A stretch of DNA of 64,000 bases from Steroidobacteraceae bacterium (GTDB lineage Bacteria > Pseudomonadota > Gammaproteobacteria > Steroidobacterales > Steroidobacteraceae). Location: NCBI GenBank assembly GCA_035644395.1, contig DASQOR010000088.1, forward strand, positions 17,606 to 81,605, written 5' to 3'. The position numbers were made by a program, and so were the translations under genes. A model generated the notes under the pieces. It saw only the letters and a list, made by a program, of their open reading frames with translations, did not search any database and was not told the DNA's origin. Shown piece after piece: positions 29,466-39,703 of the stretch; position 1 is the first letter of the stretch, and each line of letters starts with the position of its first letter.

Positions 29466-30518
29466 TCAGAGGACGCCGCGGCGTTCCTGGTCGAGCTCGA
29501 TCGATTCGAAAAGCGCCTGGAAATTGCCTTCGCCGAAGCCTTCATTGCCCTTGCGCTGGATGATCTCGAAGAAAATCGGGCCGATGACCGTCTGCGTGAA
29601 GATCTGCAGGAGCACCCCCTCGCCCTTCGACGGATTGCCGTCGATGAGGATGCGCCGACGCTTGAGCTCGCCAAGGTTCTCCTTGTGACCGACAACGCGC
29701 GCTTCGACCCCTTCGTAATAGGTATCCGGCGTGTCCTGGAATTCAACGCCACGGCCGCGCAGCGTGTCCACGCTCTTTACGATGTCACGAGTGGAAAGCG
29801 CGATGTGCTGAATGCCCTCGCCGCGATACTCCTTCAGGTACTCCTCGATCTGCGACTTGTCGTCCTGCGATTCGTTGATCGGAATGCGGATCTTGCCGCA
29901 GGGACTGGTCATGGCGCGGCTGAAGAGGCCGGTCTTGCGGCCCTCGATATCGAAGTAGCGGATCTCGCGGAAATTGAACAGGCGCTGGTAGAAACCCGCC
30001 CACAGATTCATGTTGCCGCGGCGCACGTTGTGCGTCAGGTGGTCGATTTCGCTCAAGCCCGCGATGTCGGTGTCCTTCGCGGCCGCGGTCGGCCGGAAAT
30101 CGACGTCGTAGATGTTCTGGTCGCCGTAGCGGTCGACGAGATAGATGAGGCTGCCGCCGATGCCCTCGATCGCCGGAATGTTGAGTTCCATCGGTCCGAC
30201 CGCGGTGGCGACGGGCTTTGCGCCATGCGAGATCGCGCGCTTCAGCGCGGCCGCGGCGTCCTTGACGCGAAAGCCCATCGCGCAGACCGAAGGCCCGTGC
30301 GTGCGCGCGAATTTCTGCGCGAAGCTGTCGGGCTCGGCGTTGATGATGAAATTGACGTTGCCCTGGCGGTGCAGCGTCACGTTCTTCGAACGATGACGCG
30401 CGACCACGGTGAAGCCCATGCGTTCGAAGAGCGTGCGCAGCAGTTCCGGATCCGGCGCCGTGTATTCGACGAACTCGAAGCCGTCGGTGCCCATGGGGTT
30501 GTCGTTGGGATCGCTCAT
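29466..30518 (-). CDS. hppD: 4-hydroxyphenylpyruvate dioxygenase
   Basis: ORF 29466..30611 trimmed to ATG 30518 (MSDPNDNPMGTDGFEFVEYTAPDP). Contains GEGIQHIALS and FFEIIQRKG. Confidence 0.9.
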   Translation of the reverse strand: MSDPNDNPMGTDGFEFVEYTAPDPELLRTLFERMGFTVVARHRSKNVTLHRQGNVNFIINAEPDSFAQKFARTHGPSVCAMGFRVKDAAAALKRAISHGAKPVATAVGPMELNIPAIEGIGGSLIYLVDRYGDQNIYDVDFRPTAAAKDTDIAGLSEIDHLTHNVRRGNMNLWAGFYQRLFNFREIRYFDIEGRKTGLFSRAMTSPCGKIRIPINESQDDKSQIEEYLKEYRGEGIQHIALSTRDIVKSVDTLRGRGVEFQDTPDTYYEGVEARVVGHKENLGELKRRRILIDGNPSKGEGVLLQIFTQTVIGPIFFEIIQRKGNEGFGEGNFQALFESIELDQERRGVL

Positions 30519-30730
30519 GCGTGAATTCCGTGTGCCGAAGCCGAAGAGGGGATGCGGGGCATTATAGTTTTCAGCGCCCGTGACCGTCGGGCTGTCGCGC
30601 GTTGTATCCAATTTTGCAGCGCATCAGCTGCCGGCTTGCGCGCCGGCACGTCATGTATAATCGCGCGCTCATTTTCACAGGCGCCGCCGTCACAGGGCGG
30701 CGCCGCCACGTTGACTGCCGGGAAACTCTG

Positions 30731-31816
30731 GTGCGAACCGTCGCGGAATTTGCCATTCGCTATCACCAGATCCTGGACCCGAACGGCAAGCTCGTCGGCG
30801 CCCTGCCCGCGTTTACGCGCGCAGCGGGCGAACTCGAACGCATGTATCGCCTGATGACCCTGGTGCGCGTGTTCGACACGAAAGCCGTCAACCTGCAGCG
30901 CACCGGCAAGCTCGGGACCTACGCCTCCTGCCTCGGCCACGAGGCAACGCATGTCGGCGCGGGCGCCGCGATGCGCGCCGACGATGTGCTCGTCCCTGTA
31001 TACCGTGAATACGGCGCGCAGTTCTGGCGCGGCGTCGGCATGGCGAACGTGCTCCTCTACTGGGGCGGCGATGAGCGCGGCAACGAGTTCGAGCAGTCGA
31101 AGCAGGACTTCGCCTGGTGCGTCCCGATCGCGACGCAGACGCTGCATGCCGCGGGCGCCGCGATGGCGCTCAAGGTGCGCAAGGAAGCGCGCTGCGTGCT
31201 GACCTTCATCGGCGACGGCGGCACGTCCGAAGGCGCCTTCTACGAAGCGCTCAACCTGGCCGGTGCACGCAAGCTTCCGCTCGTGCTGGTGGTCGTCAAC
31301 AACCAGTGGGCGATCTCCGTACCCATTGCCGAGCAGACTGCGACCGTCACGCTCGCGCAGAAAGCGATCGCGGCGGGTATCCCGGGCGTGCAGGTCGACG
31401 GCAACGACGCACTCGGCGTGCGCGACATCGTCGCGCAATCCCTCGACAAGGCGCGCGCCGGCGAAGGTCCGACACTCATCGAAGCCATCACCTACCGGCT
31501 CTCGGATCACACCACCTCGGACGACGCGAGCCGCTACCGCGAAGCGGACGAAGTCAAGGACGCCTGGAAGATCGAGCCGCTGCTGCGCTTGCGAAAGCTC
31601 CTCGTCGATACCGGCGGCTGGACGGATGCGAAGGAAGCCGCGCTCAAGGCGGACTGCGCGCGCCAGGTCGATGCCGCGGTCGAAACCTATCTCAACATGC
31701 CCAAGCCCTCGATTGAATCGATGTTCGATCACGTGTTCGCGCGCATGCCCGCGAGGCTCCGGGAGCAGCGTGAGCAGGCACGGCGCAACGGCGCCGCCAA
31801 CGGCCATTCGCACTGA
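30731..31816 (+). CDS. bkdA1: 2-oxoacid (branched-chain type) dehydrogenase E1 component, alpha subunit
   Basis: ORF 30602..31816 trimmed to GTG 30731 (start is uncertain). Contains RTGKLGTYASCLGHEA and the TPP-binding GDGGTSEGAFYEALNLA. Confidence 0.8.
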   Translation: MRTVAEFAIRYHQILDPNGKLVGALPAFTRAAGELERMYRLMTLVRVFDTKAVNLQRTGKLGTYASCLGHEATHVGAGAAMRADDVLVPVYREYGAQFWRGVGMANVLLYWGGDERGNEFEQSKQDFAWCVPIATQTLHAAGAAMALKVRKEARCVLTFIGDGGTSEGAFYEALNLAGARKLPLVLVVVNNQWAISVPIAEQTATVTLAQKAIAAGIPGVQVDGNDALGVRDIVAQSLDKARAGEGPTLIEAITYRLSDHTTSDDASRYREADEVKDAWKIEPLLRLRKLLVDTGGWTDAKEAALKADCARQVDAAVETYLNMPKPSIESMFDHVFARMPARLREQREQARRNGAANGHSH

Positions 31817-31830
31817 CAGCGCGACCCGCC

Positions 31831-32808
31831 ATGGCGAAAGTCACCCTGATCGAGGCCATCACTCTGGCGCACGCGTGGGAAATGGCGCACGACCCGACGG
31901 TGGTCGTGCTCGGTGAAGACGTCGGCGTCAACGGCGGGGTCTTCCGCGCGACGCAGGGCCTGCAGGAGCAATTCGGCAAGGATCGGGTGCAGGACACGCC
32001 GCTCGCGGAAGGCATGATCGCGGGCATGACCGTCGGCATGGCGGCGCAAGGCCTGAAACCCGTCGCCGAGATCCAGTTCATGGGTTTCATCCATCCGGCG
32101 GTCGACCAGATCGTCAATCACCTCGCCCGCATGCGAAACCGCACGCGTGGACGGCTCACCTGCCCGGTCGTCATCCGCACGCCACACGGCGGCGGCATCC
32201 ACGCGCCGGAGCATCATTCGGAAAGTCTCGAAGCGATCTTCGCCCACACCGCGGGCCTGCGGGTCGTCTGCCCGTCCTCGCCCGCGCGTGCCTACGGCCT
32301 GTTGCTGGCGTCCATCCGCGATCCGGATCCCGTCATCTTCATCGAGCCCGTGCGCCTCTATCGCCTGGTGCGGCAGGAAATCGCCGACGACGGGCAGGCG
32401 CTGCCCCTCGACGTCTGCTACGTGCTGCGCGAGGGCGCGGACGTCACGCTCGTCACCTGGGGTGCGATGACCTATGAAACCATGCGTGCCGCCGAACAGC
32501 TCGCGCAGGAGAACATCAGCGCCGAGGTGATCGACCTCGCGACCGTGAGCCCGATCGATGCCGAGACCATCCTGGAATCGGTCGCCAAGACCGGCCGGCT
32601 CGTCATCGTTCACGAGGCGGCGCGTAATTGCGGCGTCGGCGCCGAGGTCGCCGCCATCGTCGCCGAGAAGGCGCTCTATGATCTCGAGGCGCCGATCCTG
32701 CGCGTCACGGGTTACGACACCGTGATGCCGCTGTCGCGTCTCGAATACGACTACATCCCGAGCGTTGCGCGTATCATCCAAGCGGTGCGCGAGACGTTTG
32801 CCGATTGA
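31831..32808 (+). CDS. bkdA2: 2-oxoacid dehydrogenase E1 component, beta subunit
   Basis: 325 aa. MAKVTLIEAITLAHAWEMAHDPTVVVLGEDVG is a typical E1-beta N-terminus. Confidence 0.9.
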   Translation: MAKVTLIEAITLAHAWEMAHDPTVVVLGEDVGVNGGVFRATQGLQEQFGKDRVQDTPLAEGMIAGMTVGMAAQGLKPVAEIQFMGFIHPAVDQIVNHLARMRNRTRGRLTCPVVIRTPHGGGIHAPEHHSESLEAIFAHTAGLRVVCPSSPARAYGLLLASIRDPDPVIFIEPVRLYRLVRQEIADDGQALPLDVCYVLREGADVTLVTWGAMTYETMRAAEQLAQENISAEVIDLATVSPIDAETILESVAKTGRLVIVHEAARNCGVGAEVAAIVAEKALYDLEAPILRVTGYDTVMPLSRLEYDYIPSVARIIQAVRETFAD

Positions 32809-32820
32809 GGTAATCGCCCC

Positions 32821-34029
32821 ATGACCACGTTCAACCTGCCGGACCTCGGCGAAGGACTCGCGGAAGCCGAGATCGTCGCCTGGCACGTCAAGGTCGGCGA
32901 TGCCGTCACGATCGATCAGCCGATGCTGTCGGTGGAGACCGCGAAAGCCGTGGTCGAAGTGCCTTCGCCCTATACGGGCATCGTGCGTGCGCTGCATGCC
33001 GAGGCCGGCGCCGTCGTCGAGACCGGCAAACCGCTCATCGACTTCGACGTCCAGGGCGAAACCGCCGCTGGAAGCGCCGCCGCGGCAAGCAAGCCTCAGG
33101 CCAGGAAGGCCGATGACTCGGGCACGGTGGTCGGCAACATGCCGACCAGCGACGAAGAGCTGGTTGAAACCGCCATCGCGGGCCGCTCCGGCGCAGCGGT
33201 GCGCGATCGCGTTCGCGCCGCACCCGCCGCACGTGCACTTGCCCGGCGGGCGGGCGTCGATATCGAACAGGTCACGGGCAGCGGACGTGGCGGCCTCGTC
33301 ACGCTCGACGACGTCATGAATGCAAGCCAGGTCCCTGCCCGCCGGCCGGCCGTCGATGCCGGAGCGCGCCCATCCTTCGCTCCCTTGCCCACCGGCGAAT
33401 CGGAACGCTTGCGCGGCCCGCGCCGCGCGATGGCGCACAGCATGTCGCTCTCGCGGGACCAAGTCGCGTCCTGCACGATCTTCGACGACGCGGATCTGCA
33501 CGGCTGGATCCGGCGCAGCGATTACACGGTGCGGTTGCTGCGCGCGGTGGCCGCCGGCTGTCGCGCCGAACCCGCGCTCAACGCGTGGTACGACGGCGAA
33601 TCGCAGAGCCGGCGCCTGCTCGCGCGTGTCGACGTCGCGGTTGCCGTGGACACGAGCGAGGGACTGATGGTGCCGGTCGTGCGCGACGTCGCCAACCGCT
33701 CGCCCGCCGAATTGCGCAACGATGTGGCGCGCCTCAAGGCGGCCGCGCAGGCGCGCACGCTCTCGCCCGAGGAGCTCAAGGACTTCACGATCCTGCTGTC
33801 GAACTTCGGCACCATCGCCGGCCGGTATGCGACGCCCCTCGTGGCGCCGCCGGCGGTCGCGATCCTGGGCGCCGGGAGCCTGAAGCACGATGTCGTGGCG
33901 GTCATGGGCGGTATCGAAGCGCACCTGCGGATGCCCCTGTCGCTCAGCTTCGATCATCGCTGCGTGACCGGCGGCGACGGTGCGCGCTTCCTCGCTGCGG
34001 TCATCAAAGACCTCGAACAACCCGACTGA
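32821..34029 (+). CDS. bkdB: Dihydrolipoamide acyltransferase E2 component
   Basis: 402 aa. Lipoyl domain (SVETAKAVVEVPSP), subunit-binding domain ([19 protein letters not shown]) and catalytic LSFDHRCVTGGDGARFL. Confidence 0.9.
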   Translation: MTTFNLPDLGEGLAEAEIVAWHVKVGDAVTIDQPMLSVETAKAVVEVPSPYTGIVRALHAEAGAVVETGKPLIDFDVQGETAAGSAAAASKPQARKADDSGTVVGNMPTSDEELVETAIAGRSGAAVRDRVRAAPAARALARRAGVDIEQVTGSGRGGLVTLDDVMNASQVPARRPAVDAGARPSFAPLPTGESERLRGPRRAMAHSMSLSRDQVASCTIFDDADLHGWIRRSDYTVRLLRAVAAGCRAEPALNAWYDGESQSRRLLARVDVAVAVDTSEGLMVPVVRDVANRSPAELRNDVARLKAAAQARTLSPEELKDFTILLSNFGTIAGRYATPLVAPPAVAILGAGSLKHDVVAVMGGIEAHLRMPLSLSFDHRCVTGGDGARFLAAVIKDLEQPD

Positions 34030-34045
34030 CGAGAAACCGGACGCC

Positions 34046-37000
34046 ATGCTCGGCAAAGTTCCCGCTCAGCGCCTCGCGCTCATCGAACGCATCGTCAAGC
34101 TCGCCAGCCGCCGCCGCACGCAGGTCCGCGCGCCGCTCGCGGCAAGCTTCATCCGCGCCTACTACCACGGCGTCGCCGAAGAGGACCTGCGCGAGCGCGC
34201 GCTCGAGAACCTGGCCGCCGCGGCCCTGGCGCACCTCGCGCTCGGCGCGCGGCGCAAGCCCGGCGTGCCGCTGATCCGGGTCTTCAATCCGGATCCGGCG
34301 ACCGACGGCTGGGCCTCGCGCCACACGATCGTCGCCGTCGTGACCGACGACATGCCGTTCCTCGTCGACTCGCTCGGCATCGTCTTCAAGCAACAGGAAT
34401 GCGCGGTGCACCTGATCGTGCACCCCGTGATCCACGTCGAGCGCAATGCGCGGGGCGACCTGCGGGGGATCCTCGACGCGCCGGCGAAGGGCGCACGCAC
34501 GGAATCGTGGCAGCTCTTCGAGATCGACCGCGAGACCGACCCCGTGCGGCTCGATCAGATCGCGGCGCGGCTGCGCGCGACGCTGTACGACGTCCGCATC
34601 GCCGTCGCGGACTGGCAGGCGATGCGCCAGCGATTGCGGGATCTTGCGGCCGGCCTCAAGGCCTCGCCGCCGCCGCTGCCCAAGAGCGAGGTGCGGGAAG
34701 CGACAGCGCTCGTCGACTGGATGGAAGCGAATCACTTCACGCTGCTCGGGTACCGGCACTACACGCTCGAGCACGGCCGGGACGTCGACCTGTTGAAGCC
34801 GGACGTCGCGAGCGGCCTCGGGATCCTGCGCTCGAACCGGCCGGGCGGTTCGCGGCCGCGGGTGACGAAGCTCACCGGCGACATTCGCAAGAGCGCACGC
34901 GAGCGCGAGCTCCTCGTGATCACCAAGGCGAACTCCGTCGCGACGGTCCACCGCGCGAGCTACCTCGACTACGTGAGCCTCAAGACCTTCGACGGGCGCG
35001 GCACGGTCAAGGGAGAGCACCGGTTCCTCGGCCTGTGGACGTCGAGCGCCTATAGCCGCAGCCCCCGCGAGATTCCCGTCCTGCGCCACAAGGTGAGCCA
35101 GGTCTTCGATCATTTCGGCCTCGCTTCGCAGAGCCATGACGCGAAAGCCGTCATGCACGTGCTCGAGACCTTTCCGCGCGATGAGCTCTTCCAGGCGAGC
35201 GTCGCGGACCTCATCGCGATCGTGCGCGGCATCGTCAATCTCTACGAGCGGCAGCAGGTGCGGCTCTTCGTGCGCCGCGATCCGTTCCGCCGCTTCTATT
35301 CCTGCTTCGTCTATGTGCCGCGGGACCGCTACAACACGGAAGTGCGCCGGCGCATCGAAGCGCTCGCGCTCGAGGCCTTCCACGGCAAGGCCATCGAAAC
35401 GCAGGTGCAGCTCTCGGACTCCGTGCTCGCACGCGCCCACATGCTGGTGCGCACCGATCCGGACGACAACGTCGAGGTCGACGCGCAGGAACTCGAGCGA
35501 CGGATGGCCCGCGCCGTGCGCACGTGGTGGGATGCCTTCCGCGACGCGCTCACGGCGAGGTTCGACGAAGGCCGCTGTCTTACGATTGCCCGGCGCTTCG
35601 AACGGGCCTTCCCGGCCGCGTACCAGGCGGGCGTGACGGCCGCGGAGGCGCTCGCCGATGTCGAGATCCTCGATACGCTCGATCAGGAAGCGACGGGCCT
35701 GAGGACCTGGCTGTGCCGCTCCGAGCTCGATCCGCCCGCGCAGCTTCACCTCAAGCTCTACCGGCGGGCGCAGCCGATCCCGATCTCCGACGTGCTGCCC
35801 ATGATGGAAAACATGGGCCTCAAGGTCATCAGCGAGCAGCCCTACGCGCTCACGCTCGAGGACGGCGCGACCATCTGGATACAGGATTTCAAGCTCGAGC
35901 ATCGGGCCGGCACGCCGGTCGCGGTCGAAGCCGTGCGCACGCGCCTCCTCGATACCTTCACGAACGTCTGGTTCGGCCGCGCGGAGAACGACGGCTTCAA
36001 TCGCCTGGTGCTCGCGGCCGGGCTCGACTGGCGCCAGACGACGGTGCTGCGCGCGATCTGCCGCTACATCGTCCAGACCGGCATCCCCTTCAGCCAGGCC
36101 TACATGGAGCAGGTGCTCGCCGACAACGCGAAGCTCGGCGCCATCCTCGCGCAGCTCTTCGCGACGCAGTTCGATCCGGCGCTCGAGACTCGCGCGCGCA
36201 GCGTCGCCGTCGGCAAGCTCGCCAAGTCGTTCAACGCCGGCATCGAGAAGGTGGCACGGCTCGACGAGGATCGGATCCTCAGGGCCTTCCGCGCCGTCGT
36301 CGCAGCGACCCTGCGAACGAATTTCTTCCAGAAAACGGCGAGCGGCGAGGCGAAGCCGTACCTGTCGTTCAAGCTCGACCCGCAGAAGATCCCGGAACTG
36401 CCGTTGCCGCGGCCGATGTTCGAGATCTTCGTGTACTCGCCGCGCGTCGAGGGCGTGCACCTGCGCAAGGGACATGTCGCGCGCGGCGGCATCCGCTGGT
36501 CCGACCGACGGGAGGATTTCCGCACGGAAGTGCTGGGACTCATGAAGGCCCAGCACGTCAAGAACACGCTCATCGTGCCGGTCGGCGCGAAAGGCGGCTT
36601 CTTCCCGAAGCGCCTGCCCGCGGCCGGCCGCGACGAGATCCAGCGCGAGGTCATCGCTTGCTATCAGACCTTCATCCGCGGCTTGCTCGACCTCACGGAC
36701 AACATCGTGCGCGATCGCATCGTGCCGCCCGCGGCCACCGTGCGCCGCGACGGCGACGATGCCTATCTCGTAGTCGCAGCCGACAAGGGCACCGCGACGT
36801 TCTCGGACATCGCCAATGCCCTCTCGGCGGAATACGGATTCTGGCTGGGCGACGCCTTCGCCTCCGGCGGTTCCGCCGGCTACGACCACAAGAAGATGGC
36901 GATCACCGCGCGCGGCGGCTGGGAAAGCGTCAAGCGGCATTTCCGGGAAATGGGCATCGACACGCAGTCGCAGGATTTCACGGTGGCGGGCATCGGCGAC

Positions 37001-38878
37001 ATGGCGGGCGACGTCTTCGGGAACGGCTTACTGCAATCGAAGCACATCCGCCTGCTTGCCGCGTTCAACCACCAGCACATCTTCCTCGACCCGAACGCGG
37101 TCGCCGCGAGCTCCTTCCCGGAGCGCGAGCGGCTCTTCAACCTGCCGCGCTCGAGCTGGGAGGACTACAACCGCAAGCGCATTTCCAAGGGCGGCGGCAT
37201 CTATTCACGGCAGCTCAAGTCGATCACGCTGTCCGGCGAGGCGCAGCGCATGCTCGGCCTCGCTTCGAACAGCGTGCCGCCCCAGGAGATCATCCGCGCG
37301 ATCCTGCGCATGCCGGTCGAGCTCCTCTGGAACGGCGGCATCGGCACCTACGTCAAGGCGACGGCCGAAACGCATCTCGACATCGGCGACCGCGCGAACG
37401 ACGGCGTGCGCGTGAACGGCAAGGAGGTCGCGGCGAAAGTCATCGGCGAAGGCGGCAACCTCGGCTGCTCGCAGCGCGGGCGCGTCGAATACGCGCTGAA
37501 GGGCGGCCGCATCAACACCGACTTCATCGATAACTCGGCGGGCGTGAATTGCTCGGACGTCGAGGTCAACATCAAGATCCTGCTGAACGCGGTGGTCGCA
37601 GGCGGCCGGCTCCTGGTGAAGGACCGCAACCGCCTGCTCGCCTCGATGACCAGGGAAGTCGCCGGGCTCGTCCTCAGGAACAATTATCTGCAGAGCCAGG
37701 CCGTGAGCACGCTCGAGGCGCAGGCGCGCGAGCGGCTCCCGGAGCACGTGCACGTGATGCGCGCGCTCGAGCGCTCCGGTGAATTGAATGCGGCGCTCGA
37801 ATACCTGCCGAACGACGAGGCGGTCGACGAGCGCCGCAAGCTCAGCAAGGGACTCACACGCCCGGAACTCGCGGTCATCCTGAGCTACAGCAAGATCTGG
37901 CTCTACAACAAGCTCATCCACTCCGACGTGCCCGAGGACAAGTATCTGTCGCGCGAACTCGTGCGCTATTTCCCGGTGGCGATCCAGAAACGCTACGGCC
38001 GCGAGCTGCGCCGTCATCGCCTGCGCCGCGAGATCATCGCGACCGCGACGACCAACAGCCTCGTCAACCGCATGGGCCCGGTGTTCGCCATCCGCACCCA
38101 GCAGGATACCGGCGCCGAGGTGGCGCAGATCGCGCGCGCCTACAGCATCGCGCGCGAGGTATGCGCGATGCGGGAGCTCTGGGCGGAGATCGAATCGCTC
38201 GATAACCGCATCGAGGCCTCCGCGCAGTACGCGATGATGAACCAGACGAGCCGGCTCCTGCGCCACATGACCTACCGGCTGCTCGCCGACCGCGGCGGCA
38301 GCCTCGGCATCGAGGAGCGCGTGTCGCGCATGCGTCCGGGCGTCGTCGTGTTGAGCACGGCCCTGCCCGGCGTGCTGGTCGGCGCGGAACTCGCGAGTCA
38401 TCAGTCGAAGATGGCCGAGCTCGCGGCCGCCGGCATCAACGAACGCATCGCGCGGCAGATCGCGAATCTCGCGCCGCTCAACTCGGCGCTCGACATCGTC
38501 GAGATTGCGGCGGCGGCGAAGATTTCGGTGCCGTTCGCGGCACGGGTGTATTTCCTCGTCGGCGACACGCTATCGCTCGACTGGTTGCGCGAGCAGATCG
38601 AAAGACTCTCGGTCGAAGGCCATTGGCAGGCGGTCGCCCGCAGCGCGCTGCGCGACAATCTCCATGGCCTGCAGCGGAGCATCGTCGGCACGGTGCTCGG
38701 CACCCGGCGCCAGCGCGGTTCCGATCCGGCGGCGACGGTTGCCGCCTGGGTCGCGGCCCGCCGCGCCGAGGTCGAACATCTCCAGCAATCGCTCAAGGAA
38801 ATGAAGGCGGGGCCGGCGGCGGATTTCCCGACTCTGTCCGTCGCGCTGCAGGCGGTCCGTCGACTCGCACCCGCCTGA
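34046..38878 (+). CDS. gdhB: NAD-specific glutamate dehydrogenase, large (about 1600 aa) form
   Basis: ORF 33980..38878 trimmed to ATG 34046, giving 1610 aa. Size and motifs (GGIRWSDR, VPVGAKGG, GDMAGDVFGNG) match the bacterial giant NAD-GDH family. Confidence 0.9.
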   Translation: MLGKVPAQRLALIERIVKLASRRRTQVRAPLAASFIRAYYHGVAEEDLRERALENLAAAALAHLALGARRKPGVPLIRVFNPDPATDGWASRHTIVAVVTDDMPFLVDSLGIVFKQQECAVHLIVHPVIHVERNARGDLRGILDAPAKGARTESWQLFEIDRETDPVRLDQIAARLRATLYDVRIAVADWQAMRQRLRDLAAGLKASPPPLPKSEVREATALVDWMEANHFTLLGYRHYTLEHGRDVDLLKPDVASGLGILRSNRPGGSRPRVTKLTGDIRKSARERELLVITKANSVATVHRASYLDYVSLKTFDGRGTVKGEHRFLGLWTSSAYSRSPREIPVLRHKVSQVFDHFGLASQSHDAKAVMHVLETFPRDELFQASVADLIAIVRGIVNLYERQQVRLFVRRDPFRRFYSCFVYVPRDRYNTEVRRRIEALALEAFHGKAIETQVQLSDSVLARAHMLVRTDPDDNVEVDAQELERRMARAVRTWWDAFRDALTARFDEGRCLTIARRFERAFPAAYQAGVTAAEALADVEILDTLDQEATGLRTWLCRSELDPPAQLHLKLYRRAQPIPISDVLPMMENMGLKVISEQPYALTLEDGATIWIQDFKLEHRAGTPVAVEAVRTRLLDTFTNVWFGRAENDGFNRLVLAAGLDWRQTTVLRAICRYIVQTGIPFSQAYMEQVLADNAKLGAILAQLFATQFDPALETRARSVAVGKLAKSFNAGIEKVARLDEDRILRAFRAVVAATLRTNFFQKTASGEAKPYLSFKLDPQKIPELPLPRPMFEIFVYSPRVEGVHLRKGHVARGGIRWSDRREDFRTEVLGLMKAQHVKNTLIVPVGAKGGFFPKRLPAAGRDEIQREVIACYQTFIRGLLDLTDNIVRDRIVPPAATVRRDGDDAYLVVAADKGTATFSDIANALSAEYGFWLGDAFASGGSAGYDHKKMAITARGGWESVKRHFREMGIDTQSQDFTVAGIGDMAGDVFGNGLLQSKHIRLLAAFNHQHIFLDPNAVAASSFPERERLFNLPRSSWEDYNRKRISKGGGIYSRQLKSITLSGEAQRMLGLASNSVPPQEIIRAILRMPVELLWNGGIGTYVKATAETHLDIGDRANDGVRVNGKEVAAKVIGEGGNLGCSQRGRVEYALKGGRINTDFIDNSAGVNCSDVEVNIKILLNAVVAGGRLLVKDRNRLLASMTREVAGLVLRNNYLQSQAVSTLEAQARERLPEHVHVMRALERSGELNAALEYLPNDEAVDERRKLSKGLTRPELAVILSYSKIWLYNKLIHSDVPEDKYLSRELVRYFPVAIQKRYGRELRRHRLRREIIATATTNSLVNRMGPVFAIRTQQDTGAEVAQIARAYSIAREVCAMRELWAEIESLDNRIEASAQYAMMNQTSRLLRHMTYRLLADRGGSLGIEERVSRMRPGVVVLSTALPGVLVGAELASHQSKMAELAAAGINERIARQIANLAPLNSALDIVEIAAAAKISVPFAARVYFLVGDTLSLDWLREQIERLSVEGHWQAVARSALRDNLHGLQRSIVGTVLGTRRQRGSDPAATVAAWVAARRAEVEHLQQSLKEMKAGPAADFPTLSVALQAVRRLAPA

Positions 38879-38884
38879 TCCCGC

Positions 38885-39694
38885 ATGCGCCTCGCGCTCA
38901 TCGTCACGACCTACGAGCGGCCGGACGCGCTCGCGCGCGTGCTTGAAACGGTTGCGCGCCAGTCGGTCGCTCCGGACGAGCTGCTGGTCGCCGACGACGG
39001 CTCCGGGCCGGCGACCGGGGAGGTCGTCGCGGGATTCAAGAGTGGCGCCGCGTTTCCGGTTCGACATGTCTGGCTGCCGCACGACGGTTACCGGGTCGGC
39101 CGGATGCGAAATCGCGCGATTGCGGCAAGCGATGCGGATTTCATCGTGATCGTCGACGGCGACATGCTGCTGCATCCCGACTTCATCGCCGATCATCGCC
39201 GCGCAGCCCGACCCGGGCGCTATCTGCAAGGATGCCGCATCCCGCTCGACGAGCAGGCGACCGCGCACGCGCTCGCATCCGGCGAGACGCCGCGCTGGAC
39301 GAGCCGCGGCCTCGGCGTACGACGTCGCCTCTACGCCCTGCACTCGCCGGCGGCGAGCCGGTGGTGCGGTGGAATTGCGAATGGGCTCCTCTCCATCAAG
39401 GGCTGCAACCAGGGTTTCTGGCGCAGCGATCTCCTGGCGGCCAACGGGTTCGATGAGTCGCTCGCCGGCTGGGGATCCGAAGACAAGGAGTGCTGCGCGC
39501 GGCTCGAGAACGCGGGCTTGCGCCGCCGCTCGATCCTGTTCGGCGCCGTCGCCTTTCACCTGCACCATCCGGCCGCCGATCGCTCCGCGCACGCCCGCAA
39601 CACCGCGGCCGTCGCGGCCACGCGCACGAGTGGCAGAACCCGGTGCGATCACGGCATAGTGTCGCCCCCGGGCGCGGCCCGCCCGCAAGCATAA
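38885..39694 (+). CDS. Glycosyltransferase family 2
   Basis: 269 aa. Contains IVTTYERPDAL, LLVADDGS and DxD (IVDGDML). The C-terminal GWGSEDKE segment resembles galactosyltransferase C-terminal domains. Confidence 0.8.
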   Translation: MRLALIVTTYERPDALARVLETVARQSVAPDELLVADDGSGPATGEVVAGFKSGAAFPVRHVWLPHDGYRVGRMRNRAIAASDADFIVIVDGDMLLHPDFIADHRRAARPGRYLQGCRIPLDEQATAHALASGETPRWTSRGLGVRRRLYALHSPAASRWCGGIANGLLSIKGCNQGFWRSDLLAANGFDESLAGWGSEDKECCARLENAGLRRRSILFGAVAFHLHHPAADRSAHARNTAAVAATRTSGRTRCDHGIVSPPGAARPQA

Positions 39695-39703
39695 GGAATC
39701 TCC

